From Iphione sp. A-MEVVRFRX5 (Eukaryota): a stretch of 64,000 nucleotides of DNA. A model generated the notes under the pieces. That model was not told the origin of the DNA. It saw only the letters and a list, made by a program, of their open reading frames with translations, and made no database searches. Below, in pieces: positions 1 to 12,800 of the stretch. A program made the translations under genes and the position numbers. The DNA lies in the NCBI GenBank assembly GCA_976226885.1, contig OZ320313.1, forward strand, positions 29,698,001 to 29,762,000, in the 5' to 3' direction. Every line of letters starts with the position of its first letter. Position 1 is the first letter of the stretch.

Positions 1-3000
1 GCGACACTGTGGAAAGGCTCTACCTGCCTGTCCAGCTACGTTCTTATCCAGTACCTCACAGGGCAGCATAGGTCAACTGGGATTATCACCGTTCAGGAGG
101 GCTGAGGACCACAGGGTCTGAGCCTTGGCTTTATTGGAAGTCGGGACTTAGTGCGCATATATTGAAAGCACAGAAAGGTGCCACCACTTTGAGCAACTCA
201 ATAATCTTAAAGCCTTTCAAATACCAAAAACAAAGTTATTGGCCGCACTACATATAGACAAAAAACATACGGAAAATGCTTTCTTCTCCTATTTGGATAA
301 ATCTCTTTTCCAAGGTGTTGTTTGGGGACACCTTTTGTTTTGTACTATATACAGGGCGCAGACGCAGTACGCAGTACGGGGCGCAGTACGCGTTCTGTTA
401 ATGTGTATATTCTTTGGTGGTTTTGAATTCGGCAGTCGGAGCTGTGTCATAGAGATGCTCTAGCCGACGTTACTTTCGGCAGTTATTTACACCTATATTA
501 TATCCAACCTGACAGCGGGGATCCTCTGTCAGCGGAGAGCCTTGCATGGTTGACAACCTGTTTCTTTTCCACCAACGACCGCTTCCATTGTTCTTTCAAT
601 ATTAACTCAAAAGTGTGAAGTGTAGTGTCTGAATATTGATAACAGCGCCTTAGGGGAGGCGGACTCTTCGACAGAGGCAAGCATAGGGCGTGTCTCAATG
701 TATGTGGTTGAAAGCGGAGGTCCTGTGACGGTAGCAGAGCGGAAGACGTCATCTTCGCTATATGGCTGCAGGTAACAGGGAGGGTAGTGAGCAAACAAGG
801 CTAGCCCCCACCCCACCCCACCCCACAATCCAGCTACCGCCCACCCACTCACCTTCCCCCACAGGTGCAGGTGAGATTCAACCTGTGTTATTCGCCAGGC
901 TGTATGCCACTTTTCACCCCAACCCCTCCACCTGTGGAGCTGCGACTGTCTTTAGACATTACCTATAGCATGTATTGATCATCACCCCGGGCTTCTGTTT
1001 GCCCCAGCGGCCTATGCACGCTGGGCTGCGTGCCTGAAGTAGGGTGATCATCGGTGTTTGCTGTGGTTGCTGTTGCGAGCTTATGCGCACCCAGCGTACA
1101 ATCTGCGCTGTGTGCATGCAGCGCGCGCCTACCTACGATATGCACCGAGGTGCGAGCCTGCACGAACAGTCATTGTTCACTACCTCAATGTGTTGGTCGC
1201 AAGATTCTATACGCTGGTCGTAGCTACCATTTCGTTGTTTCCTTTACTAATTCATTCCTATTCATCAACTATTGGTTGAAGAGCACAAGGCAGGCATTTA
1301 TCCCGCTTAAGACAGTCGGAGACCCACCCGTCGCTGCATGCCTATTTACACGTTCTATATGAAACGAGATTTCTGGATTCAGGCACGGTCCAAACCAGTT
1401 AAAGATGCCTTCCACTACCCCCTGATCACGCGTGAAGATTGCGATCCACGAAAACAAACGTACTGGTTTGTCTTCTCTTCTTGCCATCGATTATGGATAT
1501 GCCATGTTGATAAAGAAAAAAAAACACATGCCTTAACTGCGAACACCGCTGCTTCGTGCATTGAAACTGTCGCAAGATTGCTAATTCTTCTCCGGCTTCG
1601 CTAGCGGTGACACATTCCAAGTGAGACGAACGGGCACCTAACCACATCTATCCACTACAAGTCGATCTTCTCATAGGGGAGTACCCCATCAGGTTGCAGT
1701 ACTTGTCATGGGCGTGCCCTATGTGGTCGCCGAGTTTGTGGATTGTCCTTGAGCAGCTGTAGGCTGGGAGGCTTCCCCGAGGTATTGTGTCGGCACAGAC
1801 CGCACGCCAGGGGACAGCACTCTCCTGCCATTCGACTCGTCCGGTCACCGCTGGTACCGTCTCAAGATGTTCCGGCGGAAGAAGTACCTTGTTGAGGAGA
1901 CGCGAGAGCGCAACCAGTCCGACCCGGGTAATTCCCACGTAATTCATACTAGCCTAAGTTAAGTCATGATTACTAGTCACGCGAGCAAAAGTAAGACATC
2001 GCTTAAATTACCACCAGTGGTAAACTAGTTGCCTATATACTATACATGTGTTCTATTACATTTATTTACATATATATATATATATTATACCTTTAGGTCA
2101 TAGTTTGCAGTTTCTAAAATACTCTTGTATTTTTGCGTGTGCATTTGTATGGATAAGGATGGTTATGTTTGTGAATCAGGAATTACGGGGTGAGGATGTT
2201 CAAGGATGAGTGCGTTGAGCCGTCAATGTCATTGTTTTCGTATGCAAACTTTGTGACCGGTTAAAATACGAATAGCTTTAAAACTGAAAACCAAAACTTG
2301 CTTATATATCCAAGTGTTCGAGAAAAAATACCTTTTCCGTGAATCTTCACTTTCCTTTCCATCTGTGGTCAATAGGCCAAAACAATTGTTTTGATTTGAA
2401 GTATTACATTTCACTGGAACTGCCGCATTTCTGTGGCTGCGTTTGGCGGGTACTTCTCGAAAATTTGAAAAGAAGTATTGTACCGAGAGGTGACGGGATA
2501 GAGTAGAAAGGGCCCGTGGTAGGCCGTTTTATTTGATAACCTGTCACGTCACGTCAACACAGTGAGGTGACCCACTAATATAACCCGTTCATCTTCACAC
2601 AACAGATCGGGTGACGGCCCTTGAATGTGTACCAAGATGAGGCTTTTCATATCAGGTGTGTTTTTTTTCTAGCGCACCAATCTTACAGGACATCACCTTT
2701 GAATATTCGTATGTTTTTTCAGTAGAGGTATTGCTGTTGTGGTTTCAGTAAACGTTCACTTTATGTCGACCACAAACCTTCACTGTTGGCATCTGCGTTT
2801 GGGAAATTGCTTGCCAATCTCTGTCTCAACGTTTGGGGTTTGGCAGCCTTGTCATTTGGTTGGGCTGATGGGTGCTGCCTGGGCAGATGGTAAGTTGGAG
2901 GGCATTTGGTAGTTACATGGGATGACATGATGCTCTGGCTGCTGACTTACAGTGTGGTCGGCATAGCTAGATGAAGTCCTGTAAATGAAGAAGATGGCAA

Positions 3001-5299
3001 TGGGGTAGGCTACATTGCTTTCTTTGAAACCTCTCTGGCCTGGAAAAAGTTACAATTCCAGTTATTTATTTCATCGTCATTCATTCTGATTGTGGATTGA
3101 ATTGATAAAATAGAATACATGGTTATTTCATTTGGTGCACCTTTGCGAAAATGCCCCAATAATCCCCCATTCTTGAGTACGGTTGTGGCACAACCCATGC
3201 ATCACTAGGAAGCCACTTGGGCAGGTGAGGGGAGACACCTTGATAGGTTTGTGTGGTGCCGGTGGTGGAGCGGACATTGTCGACTGTGTTAACATACAAA
3301 TACAATATGTATATCACAACCTTGTGATATGACTTTATTTGTTCAGCAAAAGGTCAAATTAATGCAGTGCCAAGTGGGAAATGTACTTGTACGATGGGAG
3401 CCTTGGAAAAGTACTTGTATGAGGTGTGCTGTGGTTAAGTGCGGGTCTTCTGAAACATGTTCGTATGATGTTATAGTATGTTGTGTAGATTAACTATTAT
3501 CAATAGCATAATTGATTATATTTCTTACTGCTTTATATAGGGTATTCATTGAAAAATCAGCATGTTACCCCCGACACTATTATTTGGAACGAGTCCTGCT
3601 TGTGGGGCCTAGTATTCAATAGTTTTCTCCATATATGTGAGTAAATACATGCAACTATTGTTACCACTACCATCACTCCCAAACGGTACGTGCCTATATC
3701 ATCCTAAGTTCTCAGTATTTAGTTTGATTTATGAAACTTAAAATTTCTTTTTCCTAGTCGTCTGTGAATAATCCGTTCCTAAGGAGACCTTTGTCGTGGG
3801 CTTTTAAACAGTATATTAACATGAACAAGCACAAGGGGCTGAAGGTCTCGGCATTCGTGTCCTTTTACTGTACGTGACTGACACGTGCCAACAGTAACTG
3901 GCGGCTGTCTGCAGTTACCGATGGCTACCAATAGTTAAGGACAGCTGTAGTGCATTCCCAGAATTATGCGTGTTTTCCACGGTATTGGAGGTATGGGCAG
4001 TATCATACGACATTTGGCGCAATGTAAAGCTTATTTACAATAGATACAGGTAGGTGTTATCGAGGATTGAACTATAAGGGAGCCATTTATATTAAACTAC
4101 TATCATTAAGGTAATTTCTTTCCCGGTCTTGCTGTGGCATGTTCCCATCTACCCAACGTTGCATGTCAGTTCCAATGCCAGTGCATCTTGCCAAGCATTG
4201 CTATCCCATTGCGGTTGATTGGGAAATCATGTATGTAAACAAACCAGCTATCCGTAGCTTTGGACCCTACCCACCAGAGCCCAGCACTGCACATTTCCAG
4301 GATGAGTAAACACAGAGGCTCTACTGAGCTTACACGTGGCTAAGCAACTCCGAGCCATTTGGCCCCGTTAAAAGGAAGAACCGAGTATATACAACAGGGG
4401 CAGGGCAACTTGACTTCTTCTCCACTTTGTTATCATAGTAATACATGAGCGTTAAGGCTCCGCTCGGCACCTGGCAGCACCTCCTACTGTGACTGATCCA
4501 GCTGAATCGAAGATATAGAAGGATCATATGGATAGAAATGTACAAGTTGTGCACATGAGAGAGCTGGTTCTTTTCTCAAATTACGCAATGTTGTGCCACA
4601 CGTATACACGTAACACCTCCCGCGAACAGGTAAAACGATTCTTCCCTGTGTGAGGAGGGCTGTTATTCTGTCCTCGCCACTAACGCTCTTGCCCATTCAT
4701 ATGAAATATAAGCTAAAAGCACACCGTCTAGCACATACCTGGAATTAGAAATGTAAACGTATAGCATTTGACAGGAAAAATATTAAAGAAGATGGAGAAC
4801 AGTGCCTATCACAACTCCAATGAATTTAAGTACAATTTAGCCTTTGAACAATGGTCATAATCTGGCTGGAGAATAGAGCCAAACCGAAGTTCGAACCTGC
4901 TTAAAACTGCAGCGCTCTAGAGACACATTTATTCATGGTCATACTTGTGTATGCGCCCAAACTACCATTATAGAAGGATGAAAGCAGGTGACTGCCTTGA
5001 ACAGTGTCCAAGTCAATTCCTTCTTCTGCATGCAAATAGTGCTGTCATCAGGGTAAAAGCATTTGTTTAGCGGGAAGCCAAATACCTAACGGAGCGATGA
5101 GGCCTAATTTTTGAAATTATACAGATGGTTCATTGGCGGTGCTAGTTGAACTGGTCTTGAACACCAGGAGCAGCAGCTGCAGCAGTTGGTTACAATATCG
5201 GTGGTTGCGTTGGTGCTGCCGGCATTGGTTTGCGTGTGGGTGGAGTAGGTGGTGGGTGGTGGTAGATTTGGCCATGTGGTCTGCAGATACGGAACTCCC

Positions 5300-6800
5300 A
5301 GCCAGAGCTTGCCCTGCGTGTTAAGCCGACGGGTGCGATGGCCTTTCTCCTTCCCGGTGCACATCCTTCCTAGGGCTGCAAGCCAATGAGTCCATCTTAA
5401 CCGCCCGCACTGAGCATTGCGTACGACTTTCAGAGCCGGGCAGGCAGACCCACCATTAAGTGTCTGCAGAAGAGAGAGCAAGTGCAGGCCCTGATGTGTA
5501 TGGGGGCGGCTTGGTCCTAGCGTGGCGAACAGCTGGTGGCTTACCACACAGAGGCGTGATGCACAGCAGTGTCAGCCAGTGGTCGAGGACTTGGAAAGCG
5601 CACCGTATATCTCGCCCTCCCACTTGACGCCAGCCAGCACACGCCGCACTAAAGCCATCGCAGCCGCCACGTGTGTACTAGACGCAAGTCCGCCAGCGGT
5701 GCGCGCTGGCTCACTGGCTTGCTCGCTGACTGGCTCGCCTGCCTTGCCTGCTCCCCCTATGCCTGATGCGGATGTTGCGGCTCGCCGATAACTGAGAGAT
5801 TTCCGGCGGCGCACGAAGAAGTTGCTCTCACTTACCGGGATACGGTGTTTACTACCAGCCGCCGCCGCGTCTCAAGGTGGGTTGGCTATACAGGTGGACA
5901 TACAGGTGGGCAAAGGCTACGTCACGCTTGCGGCAACCGCCCTTAGGTGTATGCCGCCACCGCCGTCACCCGCTGTTGTTGCTGCTGCTCCGGTGAGCTG
6001 CTGCGGTGGCAGCCGGTGGGTTCTACCCTACCTACTGCCGTGATTGATGCCTCTACATACAGCAGAGCGTCATCCTCCGAGCTGGCCGCTCTCCTCCTGC
6101 TCCCTCTGACGTTCTCCTCCTCCTCCTCCTGCTCCTCCACGGCGGCGACGGGGAAGCAGCAACATTATTTCCGTCATCGTCTAGGCGACAAACAACGGCA
6201 GCGGGCATCAGCTATCGCGCAAAGGCCGTCATACTGTCAGACATACAACCACACACCGCAGGCCACTCACTCAGCACATCAGGATATCAAAAGGAACCAC
6301 CACCCTGGAAGCAGGTAGAGAACAAACGAAGCACCACTGCTAACGGGAAAGTCCGTACCTGCCTGTTGGCTTTCCTCAAGGATTTAGTCGTATGACTATT
6401 GAAAGATCTAGGAGTAGAGGGAGAGAGGAGGCACCGTGACAGCCCGATCACTTTAACATTACTGGCTTTCTTTCCCTTTCTTTTACCATCCAATCGGAGA
6501 ACTGTCGCTGCTCCGCATTTCACCCTGTACGCACACGTCGGCGCACTCAAACGCAGTGGCAGTCGAATGCTTCTCTCCGATTATGAGCGATAGATTTCAG
6601 CTCAATGCCAACCCCTAGGGTCGTCGAAAGCCGCCACGTCTGGACCCTGAGAGGTCCAGGGGTGTTCCTTCCACCCTTTCTCGGCGACGCGCTGCAACCC
6701 TTTCCACACAGGTAAGGTAGTCTCTCACCTGTGCGTTACCTCGCAGCGTTTATCGCCCTGGCGATTAGGAAAAAGCGATTGTAAAGATGGATCTAAAACT
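5300..6800. promoter_or_regulatory. CpG/GC-rich island; probable upstream promoter and 5' UTR region of the DGK locus
   Basis: Dense CG dinucleotides and GCC/GCT/TCC runs against AT-rich flanks, CCAAT near 5382, and splice donors on both strands. No convincing ATG-initiated long ORF. Confidence 0.5.
6605..6711 (+). CDS. Candidate alternative first coding exon of the DGK gene: MPTPRVVESRHVWTLRGPGVFLPPFLGDALQPFPH(R)
   Basis: ATG 6605, open frame, strong donor CAG|GTAAGG (GT at 6712), phase 2, in frame with exon 57153. It lies at the 3' edge of a CpG-rich island. No homology support. Confidence 0.5.
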
Positions 6801-9800
6801 CTCCATTAGAAATACCGTAATCTCCCTATTATCGTGGAGTTATGTAATTCATTCATACGTGATCTCCAAAATTATCATAATCATTAAATGTTCACATAAT
6901 TATTATTGTGAGGATAATCGATGGAATAAATGAATGAAGATGCAAGGGGCTGAAATGTGTGTGTACTGTGCTGTTAATACTAGACTGATGCTAGAATGAA
7001 GAGAGTCGGATATGGGAAAGGCAGCCATGGCTTGTTTTCTTTTTGTCAAGAGAGGGAGTGTGAACTGAACACATGATATTATTGACGTCTTTGCGGTGTA
7101 GTACAAACGATGTGAAATCCTATTCTCAGTTCTGTTTCTACGGGGGAAACAACATTTATTTCCATTTTACACGCACATGTAATTAAATAGACATTTGTGT
7201 CACACAGCTGCAGTGACAATAGATTCTGTCAACGTATTTTCTCTCCTCGCATCCGACTGCTTTTAAATAAAGAGGAAGACATTTTGATTTTATTATCACT
7301 CTCATTAGATCGTAATGTCCCCTTTACTGAAAGCAGAACTGGTCCTAATCATGATTATATCACAAGACGTTTATGACCTGGCCCTCTCTCGGACTGATGT
7401 TCTGAATGTAGGCCATACCCTTCAGTATCTAAACGCAGTTGGGGGCGGGGAGAGGACAGTCAGAGATGTTTTGATCCTTCGTCTGAACCTGCTGCATGCA
7501 CAACGTGCTCTCAAGCAGACACCGCGCGGGAGGACAGGAGGATAGCCTGCAGCAGAACCCTAAAATGAGCCCCTGCTGGGCAGTGGCTCGCGCGGGTGGC
7601 GTTGCGTTTGGATCCCGACTTTATTGGGACATGGTGCGCGCGTTGATCCTTTCTAGCTGAGAGCGTAACATCCTTTACATAATTAACCATCATCCCCGGC
7701 CAATGGGCTAGAATGACCAGAGCGCTCGTTAGTTAACACAGGAGTAGGCCACCAAAGGAGAGGGAGTCCCTTTTGACCCGTGTGCCTGTACCAATCTACA
7801 AGCGGGCTTCCAGCTGGGAGAAGACGACGTGGGTGCTCCTGTGGGAAATATGCCTGAGGGTCAGTGAATGCGTATGGCGCGCCGCTACCACAGAGACCCT
7901 GCGTCTCTCTGTCCGACGGTTCCCCCCCTCTTATAACTGCCGGCAACTGTAACTCTTGAGACATGATTTTTTACGCAAACGTCCGCTAGCAATACTCGAT
8001 AATTTGGGATCGTTCCGTGTGGTTTTGTCTCCTTATTAAGACGGATACCAGTGAAGCAGAACCTTGACAGACGTCATTTCAATGTCACACAGATGAAGTT
8101 AATTTAAGAGACAGGGGGCGGGCGTGATTACTCTGTGGGGAGACGCGATCTGACAGGCTTTGAAAGAGCTTTCAAAGATCCAAGAATGCACCACCACAGA
8201 GGTTTCTGCCGTTATTTGGTCGTCGTGACAAGTGCAGAGTAGCTCTTCCTTTAGAGCTGTAGATTTTCAGAATAGTTGAGGATGTACTATTAGCATTATC
8301 ATCCACACTTCTATATTAAGGCTGAATCTAATTACAAATGTACCTTTCCATTCACATATTCTAAGAAAGCTCTCTTTAGCTGCATGAACTGGTCCGTTGA
8401 AAAAACAATTCTGTGTAATGAACTGTGTGTATATACTTTTAAGTATTAGGATAACCTATCCTATTATATACGATCAGTCATCATACAAGTGAGACTAAAT
8501 AGGATAGATTATACATATGTGCTGATTGCCCGTTTAGTTGTCGTCTGCATGAGAGAAATCACCCGATGTAAATCGTTCGCACTAACAATACAGTATGACG
8601 GGACAGGATCTTTCATCGGAACCTTGTATCATTTTTAACTCGTCTACTGATCTTAAAGCCTTAGGAAGCCGTGCCAACATGTAAAAAAAAGAAAGAAACA
8701 AGAACGGAATTCTCAACGAGATTCGTCTCCTTTCCAGACTAACCGCCTGGCGCAACTTCTACGTGGCCTTTTGGGGCAGTCACGATAGCGTCTAAGTGAC
8801 GTTGCCTGCGCCTTGCAGTTGGAGGATGGCGCGAGCTGTGTTGAGCAGATTAGAGTACTTGCAGGTGCTCATCATTAGAGATGCTGAGGAAACTATTCAG
8901 ACTTCGGAACTTCTAGTCGATAAAGCTTCAGTTGCAGATTGTGCTTTTATTTCCCTTTTCCTCTCCATCCACCAAGTCATCCTAGACTTTCCACTTTAGC
9001 GCTGCTATGTGAACGTTTTTTGCTTTAATCTGTTAGTTCGCTGCCTTTTGTAGTCAAGGTTCTTCCTTCCCAACTTTTAAAAAATTAGCAGTTTGGCAAA
9101 ACACACCGGTATTATTTATCACTGACTGCCTGTTTTGACTATGTGACCTTCAAGACAAAATTCCAGCTCAAATGATATATTATGTCTACTGAGTTGATGC
9201 ATGACATCAAATCAAGAGCAGAGCTTGGGCAAAAATGCCTAATGCTCATTAAGGCACAATTGTTAGACGGCAAAGATGGCCACAATTAAGTTCTTCTGTG
9301 AAATACGATAAACGTTTAGCTGCAGATCTGTGCATCAGGGTTGCCTAAATCAGTGCTTAAATCTGCCTGACTTGTACAGTGCTGGGGATGTTGAATGCAG
9401 AATCTAATATAAGTAAAATAATGACATTTATCGGACCAATACTTTTTTGTTTAAGCTTAAAAGAAACATGATTTCGTCAGCTATTGAATTATTTTGCTCA
9501 ACTGCGATGGGCTCTCTAGCATCTGTGAGCCTCTTGTGAACACCTTGGTTGTAGGTAAATGCTGCAGCAGTATTGTCTAAGCATGCTGTATACAAGCTCT
9601 GGACATCATCTGGACAATGCCATGGGACACCCAGGATCATGGTCAGCCCATCCCCTTGGCTGCATCATATAGAGAGTTCTTTCCTCAGCTGATTGGGCGA
9701 TGTTGACATCATGTGATGACTTTATGTTGATGAGGGGCACGGGGATACATGTACTATGGGATGATTGCGGTGTCAGGACAAGAGCTGCTATAGGGGTCCT

Positions 9801-12800
9801 GACATTCAGTGCCGGTGGCACCCACGTCCAACACTTCGCGGAGGCCACTAAATGTACTCCCACTATCCTGAAAACACTCCTGACTCTGTTCTCCCATACC
9901 CGTCTTGAGCGTGGCCTTCAATAGCATTGTGCCCATGTTGACGTCTATAGTCCTCCTTCTGTGATTATGCAGTCTCTCTCTTGCACAGGCATTTGGCATG
10001 TGCTGACAGTCTCTGTTTCCCTCTCCATATCAGCCCATAACAGCTAGTAGGGGTGGATATCAAACCTTATCAGTGTTGTGATCAAATTAATGTTATCAGT
10101 GTTATGATCACACCAACGTTATCAGCGTCATAACAACCCCAACTATAAAACTTGATGACATGAGTTGTGATCAGACAAGTTGCCACAGACCAACACTGAG
10201 TATGCACATGGCCCGTATGCTCTCTGTATCTGTCCATGGAATAGGCAAAACCAAGAAGTAAACAATGCTGTCGGAACAAGGTATTGTTTTCGATTTCTTG
10301 CGGTTACGTCACAAATCGTAACATTTTAATTTGCTTATGAACATCCTGATGTCGCACATTACTACGATACCTGCACCTCACGGATATTTGCAGCCCCTCA
10401 ACGAAACGTCATTAAAGGGGGACTGTAATGGTGGACGGCAGGACGAAAACATAAAGCCGCACCTTCACCAACCCGCGTGATATTTGAAAAGTCTGCCTTT
10501 GATTTGTTAGAACACTTAACAGGTGCACCAAGCCTATGGCGTGCTCTATTACTGTGAAACTCGTTTGGCTATTACTGCTGCTTGACCTCACTCAGCACGC
10601 AATGTGGTAACACTATACAAGGTCTGGACAACCTCACCCGCATGTCACGAGTAGGGTAGTAAAACCCATGAACAGTTGATCGCGGGATGGCTGGTGTCTT
10701 CTCCCTGCATTATCACAGCCACTGCATAAGCCCTACATAGGCCGGTGTATGCTACTTCCAAGGTGTTGAGGTGGTTCAAATTAGTTCAGATATACATGAA
10801 TATACATTAGAGTGTGCTGTAGTCATGTCATGGAGGACTTCCTTTTAGGCTTGAGCGGTACACTGATAGCCTTGAGTTTGTCTTCCTGGTATGTGTTGCG
10901 CTCTTCCGCCAGTGCCTGCAGTGTATCCCCCATTAGGCCAATCTTTTGCAAGTAGCTTAGAGATGATGGTATTATCCCTGTCTCCTGCTTTACGCTGCAC
11001 TAGTTTGGTTTGGCTTTGGGCACCTTCACTATGCTACGAGCCTTCTATGTTGAAGACATAGCGGTTGTCGTTTTTTGTTTCGGTAACCTGTGCTCATGCA
11101 TCAGACGTTTTTTTTTTGCGTAAAAATGATGAGTGTGTTCCTCGTATACTATGACCAGCAGGGCAGTGGTTATACATGAGGTCACGTCTGCACAACGAAG
11201 CTGCCCGAAGCTTCACACAGTCCAAACAGCTATGTTATGTAGAGCCTCGTTTTCTATCGTTATTAGTTAATACGTCCGTGTAGGCGTTTTACTCACAATA
11301 ATTATGTCCCCCAAAAACTTAAGAAATAAAAAGTCACAAAGGTGGTCACTCGAAAGCACGACTTTGCAATCTTGACTTTCTTGTCGACGCCCACGGGCAG
11401 TATGGAACCCCTAAATGGCCTCAATCTGGCAATAGAAATGGGCCCGACCGGCCATATCCCATGGGCATAAAAGGGGTCTAGATTTCAATCTGAGGAGAAG
11501 GGTATTGTGTCTGGGAAGCGGGGGAACAATGGAGTGACCATGGAAGAGAGCTATTAGTGACAAGTTACAGTGAGGATCATCTTTCCCAATAGAACAATAC
11601 GAAACAAATCAATGACTACGGCCAAAATCGCTACGTGGCCATGATCTCGGAAAACGGGAAAGGTTGGATACTTTAATTCACAAAACACTGTGATTATTGT
11701 CCTATCTCCACTTACAAAACTATCCTGCATAGAGCTGACCTTGAAGATTCATTGAATAGTCAATAATAGGACACCAGAGTACTATTAAGGTTGACTATAG
11801 ATAATCTACTTTATCAAAAAGCAATTTCATTATTTTTTGTTAACATTTCCTCTTCCTATTTGAACTCCGTCGTAAATAATCCTGATCGCGAAAACTTAGA
11901 AAACCACATTTTGTCCCATTTAAATCACACTAAGGCGTCGGTGTACGTATTTAAGGCGAGAGTTTTAAGCAATGGACAAGTCAAAATTGATAACGCAGTC
12001 CTGTAGGTCCTTTGTGGTGAAATCCATCTAGTGCTAGGTAGAATGTGTGTCTCCATTACGTTGTTAATGTGTCACATAGAGCTCCCTACGTTACCTGAAT
12101 TTCGAGGTGTCTGGATGACGGACGGAAAAGTCTTAAAGTGCCTAGCGTTGTGTTTCCGGGACAATCGCGGCCCATTTTCACTTGCCAGAGTGGTGTTCTG
12201 CATAGGTAAGCCTACAAAGCACCGGCTCTCTGTCCTCCCCAGCTTCCAGTCACTGAGAAATCCACTTGGTATCCAGGATGAAAGCAGGCTGCCGACCCGT
12301 TGGGCCCGTCATTATGGTGATCCATCAGGGAGAAGGGAGGGGGATGGTGGGAGGGGGGGCGAGGTGTGAGTGTAAAGGGCCACCGGCTTGTTCCTCATGG
12401 AGCAGGTGAACCCGAGGAAGGGGGCCTGTGCCAGCAGGGAGAGAGCCACCGGTGGTGCAGCGTTGGGGAATGTGTTTGTCTTTCTACAGCAGTTAGCAGA
12501 CGGTAGTCGGACGGCCGCTGGGGACCACCTGACCAGCGCCCGATTTGTCACCATCAGGCCAGGTGACCGATTTATTGATATCCCGCTCGGCTGCGTCCTC
12601 AGGAACCTATTTGGCAACCACTACACACGGGGCACCCACGAGCAGGCGACCTTCTGCCCGGCCCTATATCGTGAGTGTTAGCACTGATGACGTGTGACAA
12701 CATCCCTCATGCAACCCTTCTCCTGGCAGGCTTAATGTTCCTAGCTCAGTAGTCTTGCGGGATTTATGAGACCGTCGCCGAAGACAACGTATCCTCTGTA

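Noticed and set aside
981-1048. Hairpin (ATCACCC/GGGTGAT, CCCAGCG/CGCTGGG) as pre-miRNA
   Set aside because: Large asymmetric internal loops and no recognisable mature miRNA.
1802-1822. RE1/NRSE silencer
   Set aside because: Only the GGACAGC half matches; the left half-site is absent at the canonical spacing.
1648-1947. Minus-strand 99-aa ORF as an L1/Tx1 zf-RVT remnant
   Set aside because: The VPWRAVC...IPR resemblance is superficial, and there are no adjoining RT motifs.
5947-6318. 123-codon ORF as a gene
   Set aside because: No ATG, and the composition is low-complexity (Cys/Ser runs from GCT/TCC repeats). Kept only as a remark in the CpG-island finding.
8131-8201. Inverted repeat around CTTTGAAAG-AG-CTTTCAAAG as structured RNA
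   Set aside because: Short perfect core with a poorly paired outer stem; compatible with chance or MITE debris.
9428-9999. DVQSLYT motif suggesting Penelope-type reverse transcriptase
   Set aside because: The flanking conserved blocks are not recognisable in any frame. It is probably a decayed element, but I cannot assign it.
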